Assembly: GCA_902797995.1 (NCBI GenBank)
Contig: CADBUX010000004.1
Location: forward strand, 1 to 52,083
Length of the DNA: 52,083 nucleotides
Source of the DNA: an uncultured Erysipelotrichaceae bacterium
GTDB taxonomy: Bacteria; Bacillota_I; Bacilli_A; RF39; UBA660
Reading direction: 5' to 3'
In this document: piece after piece, positions 31,541 through 41,724 of the stretch
How positions within the stretch are numbered: position 1 is the stretch's first letter
How the letters are laid out: each line of letters begins with the position of its first letter
Program-made: the position numbers and the translations under genes
The notes under the pieces: model-generated
Seen by the model: only the letters and a program-made list of their open reading frames with translations
Databases searched by the model: none
What the model was told of the DNA's origin: nothing

Positions 31541-32245
31541 TTAAGCTTGTGCAGCTACAACTTTAACTTTAAAGCTATATGTTTCAGAAGCTGAAGTTTT
31601 CTTATGTTGAGCACTACCATCTTGTTGTGGAATAGTTAAATTTCCACTATTTTCAGTATCTGAATTAGCAGCATCAGTAGGTAAATCATAAGTATCTGCT
31701 AAATAAGCTTTTACTTTAAATGTATCAGTTAAATGACCATTATTTAAAGTACCATTAGTTACATAGTGATCTTGAATAAGATTTAAATCACCATGATCAC
31801 TAGCAAAACTTGAAATAAGAACACCACCAGTAGCAGATCCTTTTACATAAGTGCTATTTTTTTGAATAGCTACCTTAACATAATTATCACCTATAGTTGC
31901 ACCAGTAGTAGGTGTAGTAGTTATATCACTAAGACCAACTTCATAGTTAACTGACATTGTAGTATTTGTGCCAAAATCACCTTCAACTGTAAATGTTGTT
32001 TCATTATTAGTATCAGCCATACCAGTAGCATCATCTTCAGGATATTGGTTAGTAATTTCAATATTATTATGTTCAGTATTATCATCAAAAGCAACTGAAA
32101 CCGTACCAGTTTTTAAAACATTTTCTTTAGTACCAGTACCAGTAAATGTAAACATTGCAAATGATACACCAACAACTGCAATAACTAATACAAGTATTCC
32201 AATAATTGATAGAATTAAAGTCTTCTTATTATTATTGTTTTCCAT
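31541..32245 (-). CDS. TasA/CalY-like secreted protein with SipW-type signal peptide
   Basis: KKTLILS..VVGVSFA-MFT..ENVLKTGTV; RBS AAAGGAG. Confidence 0.72.
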   Translation of the reverse strand: MENNNNKKTLILSIIGILVLVIAVVGVSFAMFTFTGTGTKENVLKTGTVSVAFDDNTEHNNIEITNQYPEDDATGMADTNNETTFTVEGDFGTNTTMSVNYEVGLSDITTTPTTGATIGDNYVKVAIQKNSTYVKGSATGGVLISSFASDHGDLNLIQDHYVTNGTLNNGHLTDTFKVKAYLADTYDLPTDAANSDTENSGNLTIPQQDGSAQHKKTSASETYSFKVKVVAAQA

Positions 32246-32294
32246 ATATATCTCCTTTCGTTATATTTAAATTAATATTATTCCAATCACAATA

Positions 32295-32948
32295 CTATGG
32301 TTGTGTAGTAATTGGATCAACATGTGAATCGACATTAACTTTTGCATGATATTCTTTGCCAGTTACATCATCATAATCAACAGCTTTATCAATCCACAAT
32401 CTTAAAGTATAATTAGTCGTTTTAGTAGCTGTATCTGAAGCGGTAAATACATCTGACTCAGCATGAAGCAGTTTAGCGCCACTATGCATAGAAGCACTTC
32501 CTAAAGCGCTAATCAAAGTACCATTTTGACCGGTTTCACTAACAAAAGTTCCTTCTTTTTCCAAATATGCCTTTACTTGATTATCGGCCATAGAAACATA
32601 GTAACCTTCTTGCCCTTCAGCAACAGTTGTTTCAACTTTAGTCAAACTAATTTGATATGGTACAGTAAGAGCATTATCAGCTTTAGTTGAAACTGTAAAA
32701 TCAAACCTACCACGATTAGTTTGAGCTTTACCATCAGTATCTGCCATTGGCATAGCATCTTCAACTAAAATAGCATTACTTGGTTCGTTATAACTTACCA
32801 TAACTGTACCAGTTGTAACAGTATTAGCTTCAGAAGTAAACACAGTTGAATATGCTGCAAATGAAATACCAATTACTGCTACTACTAAAATAGCAACACC
32901 TAAAACTGAAAGAAGCACTTTCTTTTGACTATTTTCCTTCATTTCCAT
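32295..32948 (-). CDS. TasA/CalY-like secreted protein with SipW-type signal peptide
   Basis: KKVLLS..VIGISFA-AYS..ANTVTTGTV; RBS AAAGGAGG. Confidence 0.72.
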   Translation of the reverse strand: MEMKENSQKKVLLSVLGVAILVVAVIGISFAAYSTVFTSEANTVTTGTVMVSYNEPSNAILVEDAMPMADTDGKAQTNRGRFDFTVSTKADNALTVPYQISLTKVETTVAEGQEGYYVSMADNQVKAYLEKEGTFVSETGQNGTLISALGSASMHSGAKLLHAESDVFTASDTATKTTNYTLRLWIDKAVDYDDVTGKEYHAKVNVDSHVDPITTQP

Positions 32949-33127
32949 AACTTATCCTCCTTTACTATATAAATCATATAATATAAAAAGTCAAAAATCA
33001 ATAATTTTTTCATATTTTTTTCATGAAATTTACACAATTATATAAATAAAAATAAATGCATTTTAACGCAAACCTTATAAATAAAAGAAAAATATGATTA
33101 TTTTACAAATCATATTTTAAAAACTTT

Positions 33128-33877
33128 TTATCTTATATTAAGTCTAAATAAATTTATAACATTATTACTTGTTATATTAGCAACCTCATCAAAGCTTAAA
33201 CCAAGTAAATCAGAAATAAACTCACACACAAGTTTTACATTACCAGGTTCATTTTTTTCTCCCCTTATAGGCGACAAATAAGGGGAATCTGTTTCAAAAA
33301 CAACTCTACCAAGTCCTATTTCCTTTATAACATCCTTTAACTTACTGTTTTTAAAAGTAACAACACCTCCAATACCCAAATAATATCCTAAATCAAGATA
33401 CTGTTTAGCAACCTCTAAAGATCCAGAAAAACAATGAATGACTCCAGAGAGATTATACTCTCTTAATATATTATATGTATCTAAAAAGGCATCTCTTGTA
33501 TGAATAACTACAGGTTTGTTATATTTTTTAGCAAGATCAAGTTGTCTTCTAAAAAGTTCCTTTTGCTCTTCCATATCTTCTTTTCCATAATGATAATCAA
33601 GTCCTATTTCACCTACTGCTACTACTCTATCATTCATTAAGCATTTTTCCAAAAAATTGTAATCATCTTCCGTAACACTAGAAGCCATACTAGGATGATA
33701 ACCAGCACTTAAAAAGATATTATCATATTTATCTAATAGTTTGATATTAAGTTTATTATCATCTCTTTCAGAGCCACTGACAATTAAATACTTAACGTCA
33801 TTTTCTTTTGCCTTTTCTATGATTTCATCTATATTATAATCTTCATTAACTAAATGACAATGCGAATCAATTAACAT
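33128..33877 (-). CDS. tatD: TatD family nuclease/hydrolase (YabD)
   Basis: IDSHCHL, GEIGLDY, IHTRDA, IHCFSG, ETDSPYL; metG-tatD synteny. Confidence 0.93.
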   Translation of the reverse strand: MLIDSHCHLVNEDYNIDEIIEKAKENDVKYLIVSGSERDDNKLNIKLLDKYDNIFLSAGYHPSMASSVTEDDYNFLEKCLMNDRVVAVGEIGLDYHYGKEDMEEQKELFRRQLDLAKKYNKPVVIHTRDAFLDTYNILREYNLSGVIHCFSGSLEVAKQYLDLGYYLGIGGVVTFKNSKLKDVIKEIGLGRVVFETDSPYLSPIRGEKNEPGNVKLVCEFISDLLGLSFDEVANITSNNVINLFRLNIR

Positions 33878-33903
33878 AAAATCACCCACTACAATTATAT
33901 CAT

Positions 33904-33927
33904 AAAAAAAGATACAAATAATGTATC
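33904..33927 (-). terminator. Intrinsic terminator of the 44-aa ORF
   Basis: gataca-N5-tgtatc hairpin followed by T7 on the minus strand. Confidence 0.6.
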
Positions 33928-33930
33928 AAA

Positions 33931-34065
33931 CTACCTTATTTTATATAAAAAGTAAAATAGTACCAAAAAATAAGAAAAATCTATAATGTTAGGTTCTAGT
34001 ACTATCATAGTTAAAAACAATACTACTACTAATGTATTAATTACTGTCCTAGTATCAGTAAGCAT
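33931..34065 (-). CDS. Small hydrophobic membrane peptide (44 aa), absent from the ORF track
   Basis: Manual translation MLTDTRTVINTLVVVLFLTMIVLEPNIIDFSYFLVLFYFLYKIR; RBS GGAAGGGAG; upstream TATAAT at 34110-34105; own terminator. Confidence 0.65.
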   Translation of the reverse strand: MLTDTRTVINTLVVVLFLTMIVLEPNIIDFSYFLVLFYFLYKIR

Positions 34066-34175
34066 TATTTTATCTCCCTTCCTATTATTTTTAACTGCAT
34101 TCTAATTATAAAAATAAAAAAATAGAAAAAACAATAAAAAAAGAGCATAAACCATAAAGTTTACACTCTATTTTA

Positions 34176-35690
34176 CTATTTTCTTTCAAATAATACTTCA
34201 GATTCTCCAACTGTAAATGACTCTTTAGTTTCAATATTATTAAAATCAGTAGCAACTACTCCAAGTTGAGAAAATATTCGTTCAGCGGTTTCTGGCATAA
34301 AAGCTTGAAGTAGTACAGCACCTATCCTAATAGCTTCAAGTAAATTAAATAATACCGTTTCAAGTCTTTCATTGTTATTTTCATCCTTAGCTAAAACCCA
34401 TGGTTCGTTTTCATCTATATATTTATTACTACGTCTAAATATATCAAACAAAGCATCTAAAGCATCTGCAACGCGAAGTATTTCCATCTTTTCAAAAACA
34501 GTTGTTTTACAAGTATCAATATAATCAAAAAACTCTTTGTCTTTATCTATATCAACCTTTCTATTAATTACAGTACCATTAAAATACTTATTAACCATAG
34601 TAATTGTTCTATTTACTAAATTTCCTAATGTATTAGCAAGATTAGAATTTAACGATTCAATTAAAAGATCTGTAGTAAAATTACCATCTGAAGCAAAAGG
34701 CATTTCATGTAACATATAATACCTAACTGCATCAACACCAAACTCACTAACTAAATCATCAGCATACACTATGTTTCCTTTCGACTTACTCATCTTATCA
34801 TTACCCATTAACATCCAAGGATGTCCGAATATTTTTTTAGGCATTGGTAAATCAAGAGCTTTAAGTATAATTGGCCAATAAATAGTATGAAATCTTATAA
34901 TATCTTTCCCTACTAAATGTAAATCACAAGGCCAATATTTATTAAATAATTCTGCATTTTCACCATCAGGATTATACCCTAAGAAAGTAATATAGTTAGA
35001 TAAAGCATCTATCCAGACGTATATAACATGCTTTTTATCAAAGGATACAGGAATTCCCCATTTAAAAGAACTTCTACTAACACATAAGTCTTCCAGACCA
35101 GGCTTAATAAAATTATTAATCATTTCATTTTTTCTAGATTCAGGCTCAATAAATTCTTTATGAGACTCAATATATTCTTCAAGCCATTTTGCATACTTAC
35201 TAATCTTAAAAAAATAAGCCTCTTCTTTAGCCTCTATAACATTCCTTCCACAATCAGGACATTTTCCATCCACAAGTTGTGATTCAGTCCAAAAAGATTC
35301 GCAAGGAGTACAATATAAACCACTATATTCGCCTTTATAAATATCACCCTGCTCATAAAGCTTATTAAAGATTTTAGTAACTACATCTTTATGACATTTA
35401 TCGGTAGTTCTAACAAATTTATCATAACTAGCATTCATTGTATCCCAAATACGCTTAATTTCGCCAGAAACAAAGTCAACATATTCCTTTGGTTCTTGAT
35501 TATTATCTTTTGCTTTATTCTCAATCTTTTGTCCATGTTCATCCGTTCCGGTTTGAAAGTAAACATCATATCCTTGAAGCCGTTTAAAGCGAGCAATTGC
35601 ATCTGCTAAAACAACTTCATATGTATTACCTATATGTGGTTTTGCAGAAGCATAAGCAATAGATGTTGCAATATAAAACTTTTTATCCAT
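34176..35690 (-). CDS. metG: Methionine--tRNA ligase (short form without C-terminal tRNA-binding domain)
   Basis: PHIGN, TGTDEHG, CTPC..CPDC zinc knuckle, YVWIDAL, KMSKS; ATG at 35690 after GAGGTG. Confidence 0.96.
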   Translation of the reverse strand: MDKKFYIATSIAYASAKPHIGNTYEVVLADAIARFKRLQGYDVYFQTGTDEHGQKIENKAKDNNQEPKEYVDFVSGEIKRIWDTMNASYDKFVRTTDKCHKDVVTKIFNKLYEQGDIYKGEYSGLYCTPCESFWTESQLVDGKCPDCGRNVIEAKEEAYFFKISKYAKWLEEYIESHKEFIEPESRKNEMINNFIKPGLEDLCVSRSSFKWGIPVSFDKKHVIYVWIDALSNYITFLGYNPDGENAELFNKYWPCDLHLVGKDIIRFHTIYWPIILKALDLPMPKKIFGHPWMLMGNDKMSKSKGNIVYADDLVSEFGVDAVRYYMLHEMPFASDGNFTTDLLIESLNSNLANTLGNLVNRTITMVNKYFNGTVINRKVDIDKDKEFFDYIDTCKTTVFEKMEILRVADALDALFDIFRRSNKYIDENEPWVLAKDENNNERLETVLFNLLEAIRIGAVLLQAFMPETAERIFSQLGVVATDFNNIETKESFTVGESEVLFERK

Positions 35691-35722
35691 TATTATCACC
35701 TCTCTAATATTAAAAATATGAC

Positions 35723-35918
35723 AAAAAAAAGAAACATTTCTAAGGACGAAATATTTCCGCGGTACCACCTTAATTCAAAAGCGCTCAACATAATAACGGC
35801 ATAAACCGGGGAATACTCCCTGCATCAAGAAATCATACCAATTAATACCCAGTATTTACTTTCACCAAACGTAAACTCTCTAAAACCAAAAGTATTAATT
35901 TCACTTTCTTTCATCACA
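35723..35918 (-). promoter_or_regulatory. T-box riboswitch leader of metG (AUG specifier)
   Basis: T-box AAGGTGGTACCGCG at 35771-35758, antiterminator 3' strand TTCGTCCTT, AGAGAG..GGTGAAA stem I apex, ATG specifier at 35836-35834, T8 run. Confidence 0.9.
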
Positions 35919-35951
35919 TTTAATGAACTAATATTACCACAAAATTAAAAA

Positions 35952-36479
35952 CTATTCAATATATTTTCCTAAAAATTTTGAAGCAATCATTCCAGTCTTT
36001 ATAATAAAATCATCAATTTCTTCATCTAAAGACATAATTATAACAGCACCAACAGCATCACCACCGGTGATAATCGGAGCAATAATATAGCTCGCATTTG
36101 TACTTAATCCATCAACAATAGAAATAATCTTTTTTTCTTTAGAAGAAACAACAATTCTACTTTCAATAAGCTTTTCTAGTTCAGAAGAAATACCCTTATC
36201 AAGATATTTTCTTCTTAAATCACCAGAAACTGCTACCACTTTATCTCTATCAACGATAATTACATTATTCCCAATTTCAGAATATATAGAATCAGTATAT
36301 GTCTTATAAAAGTTTTGTAGTCCTTCCAAAGGTGAGTATTTTTTAAGAACGATATTATCACTACTTAAAAATATTTCAAGCGATTCCCCATCTTTTATTC
36401 TAAGTGTTTTTCTTATCTCTTTAGGAATCACTATTCTTCCTAAATCATCTATTCTTCTAACAACCCCAGTATTTTTCAT
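35952..36479 (-). CDS. spoVT: Stage V sporulation protein T (AbrB + GAF)
   Basis: MKNTGVVRRIDDLGRIVIPKEIRKTL, LKKYSP, APII..GDAVGAV; mfd-spoVT synteny. Confidence 0.92.
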   Translation of the reverse strand: MKNTGVVRRIDDLGRIVIPKEIRKTLRIKDGESLEIFLSSDNIVLKKYSPLEGLQNFYKTYTDSIYSEIGNNVIIVDRDKVVAVSGDLRRKYLDKGISSELEKLIESRIVVSSKEKKIISIVDGLSTNASYIIAPIITGGDAVGAVIIMSLDEEIDDFIIKTGMIASKFLGKYIE

Positions 36480-36627
36480 TTCAAGCCTCACTTTCACTAT
36501 AATTATTTTTTGCAAAATAAACAAAATTATTCTCTATTTTTAACCAATAAATTATATCTCTATTATAATATCTATACTGCCTTATTTTATCTGGTAATTT
36601 TTACCAATTATTGAATAAAAAAAAGAA

Positions 36628-39600
36628 CTATAAAAGTTCCTTAAATAATTTATTAAAACATATAGGAATATTATCACAATCTTTATACATAAGTTTAATT
36701 CCGATTAAATCATTTTTATATGAAAAAATAAACTTTTTATTAATATCAAGAGCTTTTATAAATAAGTCTTCATAATCTATTCTTTCGGAAGTTGTCTTAT
36801 CCAAAAATACCTCTCTATATATATTATTATCAAAAACTCTCAAAATTCCTAGTTTTTTGCATAAATTTTCAAATAATTGTTCATTCATATATGAAACTAG
36901 TTCAAAATCCACTGGACCAAATCTATCTTCAATTGAAGCCTTAACCTCTTTTAAAGACTCAAAAGAATCAATACTATTGATCATTTTATGAATTTCTATT
37001 TTTACATCTTCATCTTTAACATAACTATCTTTGATGTGTGAAAAAACATTTATATTAATTGATTCTTCCTTTTCTTCTTCTACCTCTATACCCTTTATCC
37101 TATTAACCTCTTCATCAAGCATTTTTAAGTATAAATCAATACCTACAGAATCTATAAATCCCGCTTGATCACTTCCAAGTATATCGCCTGCCCCACGAAT
37201 TGATAAGTCACGAGCAGCAATAGCAAAACCACTTCCAAGCTCTGTAAAATCCTTAATAACTTTGAGCCTTTTAACAGCTTTTTCAGTAAGGACACGTCCC
37301 TTTTCATACATTAAATAAGCATACGCAAGAGAATCGCTTCTACCAACTCGTCCACGTATTTGATATAACTGACTAAGTCCAAATCTATCTGCATCCATAA
37401 TAATTAAACTATTTACATTTGGTATATCTACTCCCGTCTCAATAATAGTAGTACATACTAAAACATCAAATTTGTGATCCACAAATGAAGACATAACTTC
37501 CTCAAAGGAATCCTTATCCATCTTACCATGAGCAAAATTTATACTAACATCAGGTAAAAGTTCACGAAACATATGAACCTTTCTTTCAATATCTTCTACC
37601 CGATTATAAAGAATAAACACTTGTCCTCCCCGGGAAACCTCTTTATATACAATTTCACGAACTAACTTTTTATCAAAAGGAGTTACATAAGTAACAACAG
37701 CTTTTCTATTTTTCGGAGGCGTTTCAATCAAAGATAAATTCTTAATACCAAGAACAGCCATTTGAAGTGTTCTTGGTATTGGAGTAGCAGTAAGAGTAAG
37801 AACATCAATATTACTTTTCATTTCTTTGATCTTTTCTTTTTGAATTACACCAAAACGTTGTTCTTCATCAATAACCAAAAGTCCTAGATCTCGAAAAACA
37901 ACATCAGAACTAAGACCACGATGAGTAGCAAAAAGTATATCAATCTCACCATTTTTTAATTTTTCTAAAGTCTTTTTCTGTTCAGCTACAGATATAAATC
38001 TATTTAAAATACCAATATTAACAGGGTAATTTTTAAATCTATCAAGTGCAACATCAAATTGTTGCCTACACAAAAGAGTCGTAGGACACAAATAAAAAAC
38101 TTGTTTGCTATCAAAAACAGCCTTGAACATAGCACGAAAAGCAACTTCCGTTTTACCATAACCTACATCACCACATAAAATACGATCCATAGGAATAGTG
38201 CTTTCCATATCAGCTTTTATTTCCATAGTAGCCTTTTCTTGATCAGTAGTAAAATCATATTCAAATTCACTTTCAAACATCTCTTGAAGAGGAGTATCCT
38301 TACTAAAAGCAAATCCTTTTTTTATTTGACGTTCCGCTTGAATACGAATAAGTCTTTCAGCCTCCATTCTTATCTTTTCACGAATACGTTGTTTAGCTTT
38401 CACCCAAGCAGTACTACTTAAAGAATTAATATTAGGTACATAACCATCCTTACCATTATACTTACTAATTAATTCTATCTTAGAAGCAGGTATATATAAT
38501 TTATCACCTTTCGCATATAAAATTTCTAAATAATCAGATAAGACGCCACCCTTTTTAAGAGTCTTAATACCATTATAAACACCAATACCATGAAAACTAT
38601 GAACAACATAATCTCCAATTTCAATCTTAGATAAATCACGTATTCTAGAAGTGTTTTTAAAACGAGTTTTCCTATGCATAACTGTCTTACGACCAAAAAG
38701 TTCATAATCAGTTAAAAATATAAATTTATCTTTCTCAAAACCTTCAGCTAATCTTTTCTTAACAATATTAACCTTTCCCGGTAACACATCATAAAAATCA
38801 GTAAGAACATAAGAAACCTCAAGTTCATCCAAAAACTTATTAATATTTGAGGTATTAGTACATATTACAACAGTCTTACCGTCTGAAATAGATTTTTTAA
38901 TAAACTTATTAATTTCTCCAAAGTTTTCTCCAAACATCGGAACAGAACGCACATCAAAATTAATAATATTACTTAAATTAAACTCACTTACATCATTGTC
39001 AAAGTCAAAATAATAAACTTTATTCTTAACTTTTATATCAAGTAAATTAAAATAAAAATCAGAATAATCATAATCAAGTTCAAAACTATCAGAAACTAGT
39101 CTTTCATATGAAAATTTAACTTGATTATAATCCTTATAAATAACAATAGGATTATCTAAATAATCATATAAAGAAGCATTACCATTAGTAGTTTCATTAA
39201 AAGGTAAAATCAAAAATTCTTTTAATTTTTCTATAGACTTTTGACTATCTAAATCAAAATATCTAATAGACTCAATATCATCCCCAAAAAATTCTATTCT
39301 TATAGGATTATCAGCATTAATAGGAAAAATATCAAGAACAAAACCACGAATTGCAAAATCTCCCATCTTTTCAACTATAGAACACCTGTTATAACCAAAG
39401 GATGCAAGTGTTTCAAGAATATCATCTTGAGAAAAACTGTCACCTTTTTTTAAAATAATATTACGATCACTAAAAGTTTTGACATCAGAAAGCTTTCTCG
39501 TAAAACCACGAACATCAGTCAAAACAATACGTTTATTATTGCTAATTAAATCGTTTAAAACATTGATTCTATCAACTTTAAGTTCAGGACTAACCGCACT

Positions 39601-39837
39601 ACCGTCACTAAAACTAAACTCATCGTCCTCAAATAAAACAACACTATCATCAAAAAATTTATTGTATAAAGATCTAGCCTCCAACATATTTGAAGTAACA
39701 ATAAGAATAGATTTATCATAATCAATAAACATCTTCTTAATTACAAGCGCAAAAAAACCACTGGACAAATTAATTAGCCCCGTGTTATTTTTATATTCAA
39801 AATCAGTAAGTTTATCAAAAGCATTCATAAACATCAC
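36628..39837 (-). CDS. mfd: Transcription-repair coupling factor
   Basis: GDYVVH..HGIG, GDVGYGKTEVA, IDEEQRFG, TATPIPRT, QIRGRVGR; start could be the ATG at 39828. Confidence 0.96.
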   Translation of the reverse strand: MMFMNAFDKLTDFEYKNNTGLINLSSGFFALVIKKMFIDYDKSILIVTSNMLEARSLYNKFFDDSVVLFEDDEFSFSDGSAVSPELKVDRINVLNDLISNNKRIVLTDVRGFTRKLSDVKTFSDRNIILKKGDSFSQDDILETLASFGYNRCSIVEKMGDFAIRGFVLDIFPINADNPIRIEFFGDDIESIRYFDLDSQKSIEKLKEFLILPFNETTNGNASLYDYLDNPIVIYKDYNQVKFSYERLVSDSFELDYDYSDFYFNLLDIKVKNKVYYFDFDNDVSEFNLSNIINFDVRSVPMFGENFGEINKFIKKSISDGKTVVICTNTSNINKFLDELEVSYVLTDFYDVLPGKVNIVKKRLAEGFEKDKFIFLTDYELFGRKTVMHRKTRFKNTSRIRDLSKIEIGDYVVHSFHGIGVYNGIKTLKKGGVLSDYLEILYAKGDKLYIPASKIELISKYNGKDGYVPNINSLSSTAWVKAKQRIREKIRMEAERLIRIQAERQIKKGFAFSKDTPLQEMFESEFEYDFTTDQEKATMEIKADMESTIPMDRILCGDVGYGKTEVAFRAMFKAVFDSKQVFYLCPTTLLCRQQFDVALDRFKNYPVNIGILNRFISVAEQKKTLEKLKNGEIDILFATHRGLSSDVVFRDLGLLVIDEEQRFGVIQKEKIKEMKSNIDVLTLTATPIPRTLQMAVLGIKNLSLIETPPKNRKAVVTYVTPFDKKLVREIVYKEVSRGGQVFILYNRVEDIERKVHMFRELLPDVSINFAHGKMDKDSFEEVMSSFVDHKFDVLVCTTIIETGVDIPNVNSLIIMDADRFGLSQLYQIRGRVGRSDSLAYAYLMYEKGRVLTEKAVKRLKVIKDFTELGSGFAIAARDLSIRGAGDILGSDQAGFIDSVGIDLYLKMLDEEVNRIKGIEVEEEKEESININVFSHIKDSYVKDEDVKIEIHKMINSIDSFESLKEVKASIEDRFGPVDFELVSYMNEQLFENLCKKLGILRVFDNNIYREVFLDKTTSERIDYEDLFIKALDINKKFIFSYKNDLIGIKLMYKDCDNIPICFNKLFKELL

Positions 39838-39940
39838 CTAAATTCAATAATATACTTCCAAAAAAGCAAACTAATTATACTAAAAAGTAAAAAGAAAATC
39901 AAGAAATTTAATAAATAATAATTATCCTATCTAATAATTA

Positions 39941-40603
39941 TCATTTATTAATGTATTCTTGTAAAACCGATGTAACACGTAAATATCCCAAATTAGTTAA
40001 ATGAAGTCCTTCCTTAGTATATAATCTTTTAAGGTTTCCTTCCTCATCTGTAAGACTATCAAAAACATTTATATAAGTAACACCATTTTGTAAACACATT
40101 TGTTTTATTTCTTTATTAATAGATTTTATATTTTTATTATAAACTTTATGTTCCTTATTCTCGTTAATTAACTTTTCATTTATTGGGTAAATAGATTCTA
40201 CAAAAATATTAGCAGCAGGACGATTCAGCTTAATATCATTAACTATAGTTTCGATATTTAATAAAATATCATCATCATTAATATCATGCAAAATATCATT
40301 TATTCCCACTAAAATAATCACATCAGAAGGATTATATTGGTATACGTCCTTTTCTATTCTTTCAAGTAAATCTTCCGTTTTATCTCCACCAACACCTTTA
40401 TTAATAATGTATGGTTCATGAAAAAATTTATCCAATTTATATTGTTCAGTGATTGAATCTCCAAAAAATACAATATTTTTCATATTATTACTAGAGTCAT
40501 ATTTACTATACTGAATTAAGTTAAACACAATTGATATAATAAGTAACACACATAATAAAGTAATAACTATTATATATTTGCTAATAAATTTCAACCTTTT
40601 CAT
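39941..40603 (-). CDS. Membrane-anchored SGNH/GDSL hydrolase family protein
   Basis: N-terminal TM helix; FGDSIT, NKGVGG, GIND and EGLH blocks. Confidence 0.88.
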   Translation of the reverse strand: MKRLKFISKYIIVITLLCVLLIISIVFNLIQYSKYDSSNNMKNIVFFGDSITEQYKLDKFFHEPYIINKGVGGDKTEDLLERIEKDVYQYNPSDVIILVGINDILHDINDDDILLNIETIVNDIKLNRPAANIFVESIYPINEKLINENKEHKVYNKNIKSINKEIKQMCLQNGVTYINVFDSLTDEEGNLKRLYTKEGLHLTNLGYLRVTSVLQEYINK

Positions 40604-40652
40604 AATAACCCTCCAATTAACTAACTATTATAGCATAAATATTAAAAAAATA

Positions 40653-41708
40653 TTAAGAATACAAATACCTAAGCCATTTAAACTTTTCTAGTTTTGATAA
40701 TCTTTCAATGATTATAGAAACAACAATTACCAAAATAATACTTATTATAAACTCTAAAAAAGATAAATTAAACCCAATCCTATGCTTTAAAAATTTAATC
40801 CCCAAAACAACAAAAAAATTAACAAAAGGATGAAGAAAATAAATTAATACTCCAACAATACGAATTTTCTTATATACAATACTATTCGGAAGTTTTATGT
40901 GAGAAGCTATATAAAATAAAAAGAAAGTAGCAGGTAGTAAAAACAAAAACATATTATAATCCTTAGGATTAGAATAATGTTTAAGTAAATAAAACTCAGC
41001 AAATAATAAAATCATCGAAACAAAAAAGCCAATTGCAGCAACACGAAACGACATATTAATTTTTTTGTTAGCCATTATAGCACCCATTAGCACAAAAATA
41101 AGACCAAAAAATATACTGTTACGAGTAGTTTCAAAAATAGTATCATAACCACTTATAATAATTCTAAATAAAGTAATATCCTTTAAAGGACGAATAAAAC
41201 CATAATAAGAATCACCAAATAAACCTATAATGTACAAAATAAAACAACAAACAACAATATTCTTTATACTAATTTTCTTATCTAAAAGATACCCTAATAT
41301 AACAATAGAAACAACTAAAGAAATCAAATACCATAAATGATCAGTATAGCCAACAAAAAGAATCACAGTCCATACACCAATCATTCTTAGTAATTTCAAA
41401 CAATAAGGCTTTACTTTATATATACCAAAATCTTCAAATCCAGTTTTTCTAAATAATAAAAAACCAGAAGTCATAAAATAAAAAGGCACTGCGATTCTAC
41501 AAAAATAATTTTTAAGAAAAAAGTTTAAAGAGTCAGCATGTATAAAATAATCAGGAGCAAAAGGTTTAATATGAATAATACAAACCAAAAAAGCACAAAT
41601 AAATTTCATTAAATCTATACAATTAAACTTATATCCATCAGGTAAGTCAGTTAAAGAATAATTTATATCCAATTTATCATATACAAATTTTTTAATTGCC
41701 ATAATCAC
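40653..41708 (-). CDS. Acyltransferase-3 (AT3/OafA-like) membrane protein
   Basis: IDLMKFICAFLVCIIH, RIAVPFYFMTSGF, HLWYL, IYFLHP; about 10 TM segments. Confidence 0.85.
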   Translation of the reverse strand: MIMAIKKFVYDKLDINYSLTDLPDGYKFNCIDLMKFICAFLVCIIHIKPFAPDYFIHADSLNFFLKNYFCRIAVPFYFMTSGFLLFRKTGFEDFGIYKVKPYCLKLLRMIGVWTVILFVGYTDHLWYLISLVVSIVILGYLLDKKISIKNIVVCCFILYIIGLFGDSYYGFIRPLKDITLFRIIISGYDTIFETTRNSIFFGLIFVLMGAIMANKKINMSFRVAAIGFFVSMILLFAEFYLLKHYSNPKDYNMFLFLLPATFFLFYIASHIKLPNSIVYKKIRIVGVLIYFLHPFVNFFVVLGIKFLKHRIGFNLSFLEFIISIILVIVVSIIIERLSKLEKFKWLRYLYS

Positions 41709-41724
41709 ACCTCAATCAATACAC

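Noticed and set aside
35691-35768. N-terminal extension of metG in the ORF track
   Set aside because: It runs through the T-box antiterminator/terminator; the RBS supports the ATG at 35690.
36480-36627. Possible sRNA or sigma-F/G promoter between mfd and spoVT
   Set aside because: Only a weak TGGTAA-N3-TTACCA dyad and a loose GAATA-N15-GCAAAAAATA match, too degenerate in AT-rich DNA to call.
37625-37638. NBS-like CCTCCCCGGGAAAC inside mfd
   Set aside because: Four mismatches to the 14-bp NBS core and no palindromic flanks.
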